From IMG/VR virus record IMGVR_UViG_3300033146_002768, positions 143,112 through 207,111 of that record: 64,000 nt of DNA. The stretch is one strand, 5' to 3'. The notes under the pieces are model-generated. The model saw only the letters and a list, made by a program, of their open reading frames with translations, ran no database searches and was not told where the DNA came from. Below are positions 48,450 through 58,149 of the stretch, piece after piece (position 1 is the stretch's first letter; each line of letters begins with the position of its first letter). A program made the translations under genes and the position numbers.

Positions 48450-49108
48450 AGGATGATATCTCTGTAGATCATGAAAGTTTTGGTTTATTATCTTTTGCAA
48501 GAACTTCATCTAATATGAATAAACATCTTTTTGGTAGTTCTATTAAACATCAGAATACTATTCATTTACGAATTAATACATGTCAAGAGAATCGAGGTTT
48601 GAATAGATACTGGTATTATCCAAAAGAAACTATCATTGAGGTTGAGATGTCTTATTCTCAGTTCGCTGAAGCAATAGTTAGTATGAATACAACTGGTATT
48701 CCATGTACTATTAGAAGCGTTTTAGATAAACGGATGGAAGATTGTCCTGGCGAATCCCAAAGAGAATTATTTGAGAAAGAGTTTAAAGGTAAAGTATTAG
48801 ATATTACTGATAGACTTGTCACAATGAAAAAGATCGCTGATGATATTCTTGAAAAGAAAGGAGCTTTGAAGGTAGCTGATAAGAAAGAAATTGCACATCA
48901 ACTACATATGATGGCAATGGAAGTTAGATCTAATTTACCATTTATTCAATCTTCTTATAATGAAGCAATGGATAAAACTACAATGGAAGCTAAATCTGAA
49001 ATAGAAGCATTTGTTAACCACCAAGTTCATAGTCTTGGACTTGAAGCATTTAAAAAACAATTTGCTCAAATAGCTTCTAATGAAACAATTGAAATTGAAA
49101 AGGATTAA
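48446..49108 (+). CDS. Phage hypothetical protein
   Basis: Long ORF; start adjusted to the ATG at 48446. Confidence 0.65.
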   Translation: MKDDISVDHESFGLLSFARTSSNMNKHLFGSSIKHQNTIHLRINTCQENRGLNRYWYYPKETIIEVEMSYSQFAEAIVSMNTTGIPCTIRSVLDKRMEDCPGESQRELFEKEFKGKVLDITDRLVTMKKIADDILEKKGALKVADKKEIAHQLHMMAMEVRSNLPFIQSSYNEAMDKTTMEAKSEIEAFVNHQVHSLGLEAFKKQFAQIASNETIEIEKD

Positions 49109-49109
49109 A

Positions 49110-49307
49110 ATGGCAAAGAAATATAGAGCTCTTAAATTTGGAGGAGATGATTTATACTCTTGGGCAGTATTTCATGCAAAAGATATTAAAGGATTGAGAA
49201 GTCCAATTAGTGATCTTGGAAATATTAAACCTTTAGTATCTGGTTGTATGAGAAAGGAAGCATATGATTATGTCAAAACATTTGAAGAAGCTGATAACAA
49301 GAAGTAA
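49110..49307 (+). CDS. Small hypothetical protein
   Basis: AGGA RBS before ATG at 49110. Confidence 0.55.
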   Translation: MAKKYRALKFGGDDLYSWAVFHAKDIKGLRSPISDLGNIKPLVSGCMRKEAYDYVKTFEEADNKK

Positions 49308-49417
49308 TGTTTTTTTAATTATTCTTTTTATTGAATTTATCGTTGCTGATATATATGCAACTAAATGGTTTCTTAAAGAATACTTTCAAATTTTCTAATC
49401 CAGTTTAGGTTACTTAA

Positions 49418-49433
49418 CTATATATATTATTAA
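49418..49433 (+). promoter_or_regulatory. CTATATATATTA(T)TAA motif, copy 2
   Basis: Upstream of the 49486 mini-ORF. Confidence 0.5.
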
Positions 49434-49485
49434 GTAATATGTAAGAGATTATTGTAACTTAATTCTTAACAGAAGGGAGTCAAAG

Positions 49486-49584
49486 ATGAAAAAATTAGTA
49501 TCGTTTATTTATGAAAGATTGATTAAAGGATTTTTTACAAAAGAGTATTGGATAGCTCCATATCCATACAAAGATGATATGTAG
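49486..49584 (+). CDS. 32-aa peptide MKKLVSFIYERLIKGFFTKEYWIAPYPYKDDM
   Basis: GAAGGGAG RBS, upstream motif, downstream terminator. Confidence 0.55.
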   Translation: MKKLVSFIYERLIKGFFTKEYWIAPYPYKDDM

Positions 49585-49600
49585 AATATCACTTTGATTT

Positions 49601-49634
49601 AAAAGAGAGACCTCATTTGTTGGGGTCTTTTTTT
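49601..49634 (+). terminator. Rho-independent terminator
   Basis: AGACCTCA-TTTGT-TGGGGTCT plus T-run. Confidence 0.7.
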
Positions 49635-49657
49635 GTATTAATTTAATGAGTTACCTT

Positions 49658-49673
49658 CTATATATATTAATAA
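49658..49673 (+). promoter_or_regulatory. CTATATATATTAATAA motif, copy 3
   Basis: Exact match to 32327..32342. Confidence 0.5.
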
Positions 49674-49744
49674 GTGTTTAGGGACTTGTCCTAATTTATT
49701 ATTTAAATGTGACAAGAATTTTATTTAACCTTAGGAGGTTATCT

Positions 49745-49762
49745 ATGCTAATCGTGGTCTAA
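49745..49762 (+). CDS. Pentapeptide minigene MLIVV (tentative)
   Basis: AGGAGG then ATG CTA ATC GTG GTC TAA, then a terminator. Confidence 0.3.
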   Translation: MLIVV

Positions 49763-49773
49763 ACTCCACATTA

Positions 49774-49812
49774 AAAAGAGTCAAATATTTATTTATTTGA
49801 CTCCTTTTTTTT
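49774..49812 (+). terminator. Rho-independent terminator
   Basis: GAGTCAAATA/TATTTGACTC stem plus T-run. Confidence 0.75.
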
Positions 49813-49820
49813 GTATGTTT

Positions 49821-49840
49821 TTAGAACATATTAATAAATA
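49821..49840 (+). promoter_or_regulatory. Putative late promoter
   Basis: TAGAACATATTAATAAATA upstream of the PrsW-like gene. Confidence 0.55.
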
Positions 49841-49857
49841 TAAATAAGGATATAAAT

Positions 49858-50640
49858 ATGGATATATTAGCTGAACATTATTTACAATATTTAGAATTAA
49901 CATCTTTGAATGAACAAGAATTAATGGAACAATTTGATACTATGTTATTAGAAAGTAAATTTTCAAAAGCAAGTTTATTAAAATCTTATAAAACTAATAT
50001 AAAAGCTGCTGAGAAATTTTTAAAAAGTTATCATGTAGATATAGGATTTATTAAAAGTCAAGGAAAAAAAGCTGGAGAATATATTTCTAAAAAACATAAA
50101 GCAGGAGTACCTCCTAAGAAAGTAGCTAAAGAAATAGTCGATGTTATTGGAAAGAAAACTGTAGGAAATTCTATCGCTAAAGTAAAAAAGTATGCTGAAT
50201 CTAAAGGTATACCATTATCAGAAGCAGTGATAAAATCAATCGCTGTATTCATAGTATTGATTTGGGTGGTTTCTATATTTGGAGCATTGGGTGGTGCTAT
50301 TTTAAGTCCTACTATGGCATTAATATTTGGTGCATGTATTGTAGCTCCTTTAGCAGAAGAATACGCTAAAAGATTTGCTTTAATAGGAAAATATCCTTTT
50401 GTTTATACTGGAATTTTTGCAGGGATAGAGGCTTTATTATATATTAATATGGGCGCTGCTGTTCTACCTAGAATTATAGTTATAGGTGTTCATTTTGCAA
50501 CAACAGCAGTACAAAAATCGTTTGCTGATAAAGAAGCAGAAGAAGGTAAACCTCATCCAAGTATGACTGGTTATATTGTAGCAGTAGGTATGCATACTAT
50601 GTGGAACACAATGGCTGTTATAGCTGAACTTTCATCATAA
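49858..50640 (+). CDS. PrsW/CPBP-like intramembrane metalloprotease with soluble N-terminal region
   Basis: APLAEEYAK, GIEA, VH, MHTMWN in transmembrane helices. Confidence 0.7.
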   Translation: MDILAEHYLQYLELTSLNEQELMEQFDTMLLESKFSKASLLKSYKTNIKAAEKFLKSYHVDIGFIKSQGKKAGEYISKKHKAGVPPKKVAKEIVDVIGKKTVGNSIAKVKKYAESKGIPLSEAVIKSIAVFIVLIWVVSIFGALGGAILSPTMALIFGACIVAPLAEEYAKRFALIGKYPFVYTGIFAGIEALLYINMGAAVLPRIIVIGVHFATTAVQKSFADKEAEEGKPHPSMTGYIVAVGMHTMWNTMAVIAELSS

Positions 50641-50645
50641 ATAAT

Positions 50646-50686
50646 AAAAAGAGTCCAATGTATTAATTTGCATTGGACTCTTTTTT
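50646..50686. terminator. Bidirectional terminator at convergent genes
   Basis: AAAAAGAGTCCAATG...CATTGGACTCTTTTTT. Confidence 0.85.
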
Positions 50687-50699
50687 CCGTTTATACTAT

Positions 50700-51527
50700 T
50701 TAAGAAATTATATTTAATTTAGTTTTTAATTCATTTATAGATGGTATATAATCTTCAAATCTTAATGTAGTCCAACCTCGGGTTTTTAATAAACGATCTC
50801 TAACCTTATCTTTTTCTTTATCATGCCAGTAACTTCCATCGTATTCTATTGCTATTTTTAAATCAGGTATAGCTATATCTAAACAATAATCAAATATAGG
50901 ATACTCCATTATAGCGGTGGAATATAATTTCTTAACTAAATTAAATAATTCTTTTTGAGGACATGATATAAATGTATTAAGAGATTGACCATAAGATCCT
51001 GATGCACGAAGTTCTTTAAGACGAGACGCTGCTCTTTCTGACCCCATAATTTCAGTATAAGTTTTACCTTTTGTATGATGATCATTTTTAGCATAATATT
51101 CTTTTAATGTTTCACTTGTTCTTTTTCTAACATCAGGATTATGTTGAGGATTATTAATTCCTTCAAATTTAGATGAAACTTGTTTTGATTTCATTACATT
51201 TCTAACCCCATATTTTTTTTGAATGGTATTTCTTGTTTTATTTTCTAATTCTTTGCTAGAATAACCTACACCACCATATTTCTTATTACAAGTTTCAGCT
51301 ATTTGTTTATTACATTTAATTCTTGCATTACTTCTATTGTCAGATTCTTGTTTAGTCATAGTTGGTATATTAGGAAAATCTTTTAATATATCTTCTAATT
51401 TTTTATTATGTATTTTTTTAAGATGTGCCCAATGAAGCATTTTAAATTTTTTAGAGTTTTCACAATATGGACATAAAACATATTCAACATTTTTAATATT
51501 ATGTTTACATGGTCTTCGTTTACTCAT
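50700..51527 (-). mobile_element. Free-standing Zn-finger/DUF559 (Vsr-like) homing-endonuclease-type gene
   Basis: CPYC...HLKKIH finger; LDIAIPDLKIAIEYDGSYWH...RD..L...GW..LRF; located next to the capsid gene. Confidence 0.75.
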
Positions 51528-51575
51528 AGATATAACCTTTTTATAATATGTTCTTATAAAATATTTTGCCTACGG

Positions 51576-51617
51576 AAAAAAGAGCCACAGATTCCCCGAC
51601 AAACCTGTGGCTCTTTT
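51576..51617 (-). terminator. Terminator after major capsid gene
   Basis: AGAGCCACAG/CTGTGGCTCT stem with T-run on the minus strand. Confidence 0.8.
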
Positions 51618-51677
51618 AACGTTGCCCGACTTAAATGAGAAGAAGATTATTCAGTCAGTGGCTCGGCATATCTTTAA

Positions 51678-53129
51678 TTATGCAGTAATTGTACAAGCAC
51701 AAATACCATTACTTCTGATAAGAGCAGTTGCATATCTTGACAGGATAGTCAAGCTAGGTGTTGCTCCTAACGGATATGGGTGTAAAACTGCTGGCACATA
51801 TGGGGCATATATGTAAACAGATTTTAATTCTTCTACTGGTTTATAAACCATCAACATTGTTCCTTGAGGAATAACTGCTGAAGTCAATACTTTCCATTTT
51901 CCACCAGCAACTGTTGCACTTCTATAACCCATGTCGCCATCTACTGAAGAAGTTCCAGTATAGTTGAAGCCTTGAAGATCTTCAAGAATAGCTACGTCAA
52001 GAGGGTTAGCAGCAATAACATTTGCAGCTTCCATGTTAGTATCAGTATAAACTTGAGCTGATAGTTTATTCAATACTGGGATGATATTTTCATGCCAATA
52101 TTTGTCGCCCCAAGTATATCCAGATGGAGCTGTTCTAGCAAATGTACCAGTATGATCTGAAGTATTAAGTCTTGCATTTGCAGTAATAAGTGCATTAACA
52201 ATCTCTCTATCAATATCAAGAGCAATTTGTTGTCCAAGAACATTAACAATTTCAGCTTGCATAGAAAGATCAAAAAGAGCTCTCATGTCTTGTTCCATGT
52301 TAATAGTCCAGTTAGCACTGATCTGTCTGTCTTTAGCATATAGACGTACTTTGTCTACACTTAATTTAACAGATGGATTAATTTTATTTTCTTCTAGTGA
52401 GAAAGTTACTTTATACTTAACAAATTTGACTGTACCAGTAGTACTAGATACATCAACAACACCGTCAAGATAATTAACTTTACCAGAAATAACATCACTA
52501 GTTGAGTTTACAGTTACGCTTGAAGAAAAATGACCTTCAACAGCAGGAACAATAGATACGTTTGTCCAAGCAGTACCATCGTCAGAAACAGCTGTGATTT
52601 CAAAATCTCTTTCAAGATGTGCTTCATTAGAAGTAACACCAGCTACTGCAAGTACGTCAAATGCATCACTTGGAACTGGGAGTTGAGCTGAAACAGGAGT
52701 ACCAACAATAGGTCCATTTGAAATATCTTGACCTGTAACAGGTGCTGGATATTGAGTAGAACTATTAGATGGAGCAAAAGTTGCTTTTAAGAATGCTTTA
52801 ATTGTTTCTGGTTTGTCCATTGGAGAAACAGTAATAAGTTCTTTAGCAATAAGTTTTGGATAGAAAACTCTAAGAATAGGAAGAGTCAAAGTTTCGTAAG
52901 GATTGATCTGAAACATTGAATTTTCAAGTAAATTAACTCTTGTGTTTTCTGCTAACATTACAAATTGTTCTCTGTCTTTTTTGTTTTCAATACTTTCTGC
53001 TAGACCAGTAACATAAGCATCAAAAGCAACGTCATCGACTAAGACTTGTTTCATATTTCCAGGTTTAGATGGATCGACACCAGAAATTTTCTTAGTTGTT
53101 GCGTATACTTCTTGAAGAAGTTCTTTCAT
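51678..53129 (-). CDS. Major capsid protein (T4 gp23-like)
   Basis: IA.ELI.V.PM, W..E..QD...L..L....E....L...I...IDREI, C-terminal Y.PYVP...P..T..SRYA. Confidence 0.9.
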   Translation of the reverse strand: MKELLQEVYATTKKISGVDPSKPGNMKQVLVDDVAFDAYVTGLAESIENKKDREQFVMLAENTRVNLLENSMFQINPYETLTLPILRVFYPKLIAKELITVSPMDKPETIKAFLKATFAPSNSSTQYPAPVTGQDISNGPIVGTPVSAQLPVPSDAFDVLAVAGVTSNEAHLERDFEITAVSDDGTAWTNVSIVPAVEGHFSSSVTVNSTSDVISGKVNYLDGVVDVSSTTGTVKFVKYKVTFSLEENKINPSVKLSVDKVRLYAKDRQISANWTINMEQDMRALFDLSMQAEIVNVLGQQIALDIDREIVNALITANARLNTSDHTGTFARTAPSGYTWGDKYWHENIIPVLNKLSAQVYTDTNMEAANVIAANPLDVAILEDLQGFNYTGTSSVDGDMGYRSATVAGGKWKVLTSAVIPQGTMLMVYKPVEELKSVYIYAPYVPAVLHPYPLGATPSLTILSRYATALIRSNGICACTITA

Positions 53130-53181
53130 GATAATACCTCCTATGGTAGATATAATTATTTAACATAATATTCCGTGTAAG

Positions 53182-53200
53182 AATTTATATTATGTTCTAA
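53182..53200 (-). promoter_or_regulatory. Putative late promoter of major capsid gene
   Basis: TAGAACATAATATAAATT. Confidence 0.6.
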
Positions 53201-53241
53201 AGGAAGTTTAGACTTAGAAAGTAACAGAGTGGAAAATTTGA

Positions 53242-53280
53242 TTGGGTTTGTTTCTCAAGTAGTTTAAGAAACAAACCCAA
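53242..53280. terminator. 14-bp perfect inverted repeat upstream of the capsid promoter
   Basis: TTGGGTTTGTTTCT / AGAAACAAACCCAA. Confidence 0.55.
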
Positions 53281-53292
53281 ATTTGATAGGTT

Positions 53293-53712
53293 TTATATAT
53301 TTGTAGGAAAGCGCTTTGATATAGTATTCATAGTTTCTTTCAGATGATAGTTTAACTTTTCTATTGTCAATTTGTCTATAATTTTTAACAATACAATAGT
53401 TTCTTGTTTTCTTTGACCCTCATTCACAATACCCAAAGAAACTAACTTATCAATTCTTTCAATTAATTTTTTAACTTTTTGTTTTCTTTTATAATGTTCA
53501 AACATAGTTTCAATTTCAGATTTATTTGAAAGGACTGTTGTCTTTATTTTTTTAAATTTAGTAGCCTTAGTTTTAAACTCTTCCATTTTAATTTGACGTA
53601 AATCATCAAACAATGGATTTATATTTTGAATAATTTTATCAGCTAAAATTACTTTTGATTGATCTATATTACTAACATCTATATCGGGTATTTTTGTTTC
53701 TATTATATTCAT
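53293..53712 (-). CDS. Head-region hypothetical protein
   Basis: 139 aa, helical and Lys-rich. Confidence 0.6.
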   Translation of the reverse strand: MNIIETKIPDIDVSNIDQSKVILADKIIQNINPLFDDLRQIKMEEFKTKATKFKKIKTTVLSNKSEIETMFEHYKRKQKVKKLIERIDKLVSLGIVNEGQRKQETIVLLKIIDKLTIEKLNYHLKETMNTISKRFPTNI

Positions 53713-54005
53713 TAGTCACTTCCTAAAGTTTCGAGTATTCTACATTTAACTTTAAAACTTTCATCATCAACTCTTTTAATTTTTTCAGCTAAATCTTTTT
53801 TGATTTTTTTAGATTGAATTAATAAAGATTCTTGTTTAGTTATTTTTTTATCTACCATTAATAATTTTTCATCAACTAATCCAATATCACTTTTCACATT
53901 AAAATTTTTATCTTCTTTGCAAATAGTAAATATGTGATCAATAACAGTTGGTATTAATTCATGTTTTTTTATTCTCGTAATTTCTTCACATTCAGTTATA
54001 ATCAT
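53712..54005 (-). CDS. Head-region hypothetical protein
   Basis: 97 aa. Confidence 0.6.
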   Translation of the reverse strand: MIITECEEITRIKKHELIPTVIDHIFTICKEDKNFNVKSDIGLVDEKLLMVDKKITKQESLLIQSKKIKKDLAEKIKRVDDESFKVKCRILETLGSD

Positions 54006-54322
54006 ACTTTATTCTCCTTAGCTGCTAACTTTTTATTTCTTGCTATATTCTTTTTAAATTTTTTCATATTTCTTTTAGTTTTAGATTTTCGTCTCATTTG
54101 ATTAAATCTATTTTTAATAGAATTAGCCATTGAATTTCCGGCTGTAGACATTCCTTTTTTAATACCTCGACTAGCTTTTTTAGCTGCCCAACCACCAACT
54201 TTTCTAAACGGTTTACTTAATGTACCTGCAGTTTTATAAGCAGCATAACCAGCGGCTTTAGTATTAAGCCATGCATTACCTTCATGTAAACATTTTAAAT
54301 AGTCGTCAGTTAGCTTACTCAT
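54002..54322 (-). CDS. Basic putative internal head protein
   Basis: MSKLTDDYLKCLHE N-terminus followed by Lys/Arg-rich body. Confidence 0.5.
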   Translation of the reverse strand: MSKLTDDYLKCLHEGNAWLNTKAAGYAAYKTAGTLSKPFRKVGGWAAKKASRGIKKGMSTAGNSMANSIKNRFNQMRRKSKTKRNMKKFKKNIARNKKLAAKENKV

Positions 54323-54323
54323 T

Positions 54324-54980
54324 TTAATACCATTTATCAAAAAATGTAACTACTTTAGATTCAACTAATTTATCAAAATAGTCAGGTAAGAAGCATCTAC
54401 CATCTATACAAACTTGTCCCGCGCTCTCAGTTAACATTGAAGATTCAAATCTCATTTCATTGAAATTAACAACTGCAGCTTTATGAGAAGGTTGAGATAC
54501 AGCATCAAATGCTATAATAGTTAATGGTCCTTTAACTCGATTATACTCAGTTAATCTTTCTAATTCAGCAAGACCTCTCATAGAGAACCCAATACCAGAT
54601 TTATCCTTTAGAAGACCATAAAGAATTCCGCCATTAGGAGTTGAAGTAGTTTCCATTTCACCAACTAGATGATTACCTTTCCATTCGTAATCTCTTATAA
54701 TATGAGATACTTGACTTAATTGTACTGTAGTTTGTCTAATTTGATCAAACGTTCCACCTTGTGGAATTGGGTGATCTAACTCTGATAAAAATGCTCTTGT
54801 TTTCATTCTTGGAGTACAATTTTGCATACCATTTTCAAGAACTGACATCGGATACATTCTTTTATTAGCATTAATATCATCTGCTGTTTGAATTGTGCAT
54901 CTGAAAATTGCTTTACCAGGAGTTTCTGAAACTATCTTTGCCTCCTGCATAAGAGCATTTTCCATTATAAATGAACTCAT
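54324..54980 (-). CDS. Prohead protease (T4 gp21-like)
   Basis: N.N.R.YP, ELDHP, VSH.I, TPNG, G.S.RG, FD.VS.PSH. Confidence 0.92.
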   Translation of the reverse strand: MSSFIMENALMQEAKIVSETPGKAIFRCTIQTADDINANKRMYPMSVLENGMQNCTPRMKTRAFLSELDHPIPQGGTFDQIRQTTVQLSQVSHIIRDYEWKGNHLVGEMETTSTPNGGILYGLLKDKSGIGFSMRGLAELERLTEYNRVKGPLTIIAFDAVSQPSHKAAVVNFNEMRFESSMLTESAGQVCIDGRCFLPDYFDKLVESKVVTFFDKWY

Positions 54981-54990
54981 ATTTTATCTC

Positions 54991-55710
54991 CTATTCAACG
55001 GCTTTAACCATCCTGCCGGTATTATTATCTTTGTAATATTTAGATAGAATCATATATACATTATCAACTACTTTATAAAATATAACAATAATCTCATCTA
55101 TTCTATCTTTATATAAAGCAATATTAGAAATTAATGTTCTAAATAAATCCATAGTATTAGAGACATAATTTCTTAATTTAATTAAATTTATATCAGTTGT
55201 TCCAGCTAAATATGATTGCATAGATACTAGTCGTGAATATATTTTTTTAAGTTCATATACTCTACCAACTTCTTGAGTAGTCGAAGGACCAGGCGTTTCC
55301 ATTCCCATCCCCATCATAGAAGGATCTCCGCCTGCCATACTTGGATCCATTCCTGACATAGAAGGATCTCCACCCATACTGCCAGATGATACTTTCATAT
55401 CTGGTGTAGCCATTGAAGGTGTTTTTGGTGGTTTAGGTTTTGGTGGAGTAGCAGGTGAAGTAGTACTAACCGGATCGCCAGGTGCTTCCTTAACTACTTT
55501 AGTTCTATCAGCTCCAGGAATATTTTGAGGATCAGTTGGACCTTGAGTAAAATTATTTATTTCAGTACCTGTTCCACTTGGTCCATTATCATTCCCAACT
55601 AAATTTTCTACATCTTCTGGACTTCCTTCTGGCGCTGGAAGTGGATCATTAGTACTTAAATTGCCAGTAGACCATACTTCCAATATATCTTTTAAATCAT
55701 ATTTTTTCAT
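54991..55710 (-). CDS. Head-region protein with Pro/Gly/Met-rich low-complexity segment
   Basis: GGDPSMSGMDPSMAGGDPSMMG repeats. Confidence 0.6.
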   Translation of the reverse strand: MKKYDLKDILEVWSTGNLSTNDPLPAPEGSPEDVENLVGNDNGPSGTGTEINNFTQGPTDPQNIPGADRTKVVKEAPGDPVSTTSPATPPKPKPPKTPSMATPDMKVSSGSMGGDPSMSGMDPSMAGGDPSMMGMGMETPGPSTTQEVGRVYELKKIYSRLVSMQSYLAGTTDINLIKLRNYVSNTMDLFRTLISNIALYKDRIDEIIVIFYKVVDNVYMILSKYYKDNNTGRMVKAVE

Positions 55711-55770
55711 ATATCACCCACATGAAAATTAAGGAAGGGAGTTGTGAATAACAACCCCCGACCACCGGAT

Positions 55771-55983
55771 TTATTTTAAAGGACCTTGAACAACACCGCT
55801 GTTATAAGTTCCGCCAGTAGATTCATAAGGAACTGTTTCTGTTTCTTTAAAACCACAGTAAGGACAAGTCCATTCAGTTATTTGAGCTGCTTCTGTAGCC
55901 ATATCAAATTCTTGAATTACTTCACCTTTCATATATGGTAGAGTATTTCCTCCACCACATTTTGTACATATTTGAGTAGCCAT
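55771..55983 (-). CDS. Small zinc-ribbon protein (paralog 1)
   Basis: CTKC...WTCPYCG. Confidence 0.7.
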   Translation of the reverse strand: MATQICTKCGGGNTLPYMKGEVIQEFDMATEAAQITEWTCPYCGFKETETVPYESTGGTYNSGVVQGPLK

Positions 55984-56007
55984 ATTAATTCTCCCTATTA
56001 ATTTTGA

Positions 56008-56202
56008 TTATGATTTAGGATTATACATTCCACCTTTTTCAGTCATATAACTTTCATCTTGGTCTGTGTAACCACAAAAACCGCAAGTCCAATTAATGAT
56101 TTCAGGTGTATTTGAAGGTCCGTCATAAAGTTGAGCAACTTCGCCCTTCATTAAATTTAAACCGCCACGACTTTCACATTGTGGACATTGTTTAGTAGCC
56201 AT
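56008..56202 (-). CDS. Small zinc-ribbon protein (paralog 2)
   Basis: CPQC...WTCGFCG; MKGEV and GG.YN shared with paralog 1. Confidence 0.7.
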   Translation of the reverse strand: MATKQCPQCESRGGLNLMKGEVAQLYDGPSNTPEIINWTCGFCGYTDQDESYMTEKGGMYNPKS

Positions 56203-56253
56203 AGTAATACCCTCCTATAAAGATTTATTTATTAATTTGTTCTAGAAAATTGT

Positions 56254-58149
56254 TTAGTAACTGCCCATACCTCCACCCATTGCATCCATTCCATCTTCTT
56301 TCTCAGTACCTAATTCTTTCTCAATTTTCTCACCTACTTCATAATTCTTTAAATCTTCCCAATCAATATTAGATAAGTATTTCTTTTTAGTATATTCTCT
56401 TGGAATACCAACTCTTTCAAGAGTTTCAATAAGGTTAGCAATCTCACTCATGTATCTAGCTTCTCTTTCATATTGAAGAGATTTTGGGCTAGGTAATGCT
56501 ATTAATACATTATCAAGAATTGATAGAGCTTCATCTGGACTTATAATATCATAAACTTTTTGTATAAGTTTATTTATTTGGTGTGATATATATTTTTGAT
56601 GACTAACAATTGTTCTAGCGAATAAAATATTCTCTTCTGTAAGAGCTGCTTTATTAGATAAGTTTTCCTCAATATTAATAAAACTTGGAGGAACTCCTAA
56701 ACTAGCAACAACACTGTCTCTCAAAAATTTTAATTCTTCTACTTTATTTCTAATATCAACATTACCCTCATTGAATGTACTAATATCAACAAATGGTTTT
56801 CCATCTTTCTGAGGAATATAAACATCTTCAAATGTTGTTATCATAGAAGGAATAGTATCAACAGTACCAAAATTATCAAGAGTAATCTTTCTTTTTCTTA
56901 ATTCCTCTTTTAATTTTTCAATCATTTTTCTGGCATCTCTTGGAAGTCCAATTTCAACAGCAATTTTTCTTTTCTCTGTTGAACGTGCTAGACGTTGTAC
57001 TGCTAATGCTGTTTCCATTGCTACAAGACATTTAGCAGAAAATTGTGATGCATCAAATATAGATTCACCATAAGGTTCATACTTAGTAGATGGTCTCATA
57101 AAATGTTGAACTTTATCGGGTGGGACATATCTAATATTCATAGCTTTACTTTGGTCTTGTCCAGAAGCAACCATTTGAGCTACTATATCTTTTAATTCTT
57201 TACTATTAAATTCAGCTACTTGAGGAACTTTTTTAGAAAGATTTTTTAATATTGAATTACAAATATCATTAACCGCTTGATCTTGGACTGATAAATGAGG
57301 AACTGTATTAGCTTTAGGAAATATTAAATATCCAAAACATACTGGATATAATTCACTTTGTAATTTAACAACTCTTGAAGGATCATGAAATAATAATACA
57401 ACATCTGATTTATTTGATTTGCCATCAGTTTCTATTTCTTCATCTGCTTCACTTAATACACTTGATTCTTTTGAATCTGCGAATGATTCATAGTTCATTG
57501 TTATATTCCAAGTACCTTCATCCTTAGTAGCTACTTCAAGAGTTTCTATATATCCTTCTTCTATTATTTTTGCTTGTTCTGCTAAATAAGAAGAACTAGT
57601 TAAAGCTGTTTTTGGAGATGCTATTTCACAAAAATAATCTCCAAACAATAAAGTATTTCTTACTATTAATGATAAATGTTCTTCAAGTTTTAATTTATTA
57701 ACTAATCCTTTTACTTGAACTGTTTTTGCTTCTGTCGGAGTTTCATCTTCTAAAAACTTTTTAGGTTTAATTTCTAATGTCGTTTTTGTAATATCATCTG
57801 GCGAACAAATATTGTCTGTTAAAACATCTAATGCTCTATAACAATAATCAATAGTTCTAATAGTTCCATCATATGATTTATATCGAATCATTCTTTTTTG
57901 TTGACCGAACATAGCTGGTGAAGTATTACCTTGACCAAATATTCCTTTAGATGATGAATCAATATTAAACGAACCGGTGGATTTAGAAATTAAATTTCTT
58001 ACAAGATCAATATAACCATTTCTACCGCTCTGAGATTTATAGTTAGTAATGGATGTTACTGCATCATCTAACTTAGCATCAATGTCAGTAGTTTTAGTAC
58101 CGATTATAGTTTTCTTTAGTGCTTCGAAGTTATCTTTAAGACCAGCCAT
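56254..58149 (-). CDS. Portal protein (T4 gp20-like)
   Basis: R.L.RL.RSTE.R...V..G, ED..IP..DG, LGVP.SF, upstream of the prohead protease. Confidence 0.88.
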   Translation of the reverse strand: MAGLKDNFEALKKTIIGTKTTDIDAKLDDAVTSITNYKSQSGRNGYIDLVRNLISKSTGSFNIDSSSKGIFGQGNTSPAMFGQQKRMIRYKSYDGTIRTIDYCYRALDVLTDNICSPDDITKTTLEIKPKKFLEDETPTEAKTVQVKGLVNKLKLEEHLSLIVRNTLLFGDYFCEIASPKTALTSSSYLAEQAKIIEEGYIETLEVATKDEGTWNITMNYESFADSKESSVLSEADEEIETDGKSNKSDVVLLFHDPSRVVKLQSELYPVCFGYLIFPKANTVPHLSVQDQAVNDICNSILKNLSKKVPQVAEFNSKELKDIVAQMVASGQDQSKAMNIRYVPPDKVQHFMRPSTKYEPYGESIFDASQFSAKCLVAMETALAVQRLARSTEKRKIAVEIGLPRDARKMIEKLKEELRKRKITLDNFGTVDTIPSMITTFEDVYIPQKDGKPFVDISTFNEGNVDIRNKVEELKFLRDSVVASLGVPPSFINIEENLSNKAALTEENILFARTIVSHQKYISHQINKLIQKVYDIISPDEALSILDNVLIALPSPKSLQYEREARYMSEIANLIETLERVGIPREYTKKKYLSNIDWEDLKNYEVGEKIEKELGTEKEDGMDAMGGGMGSY

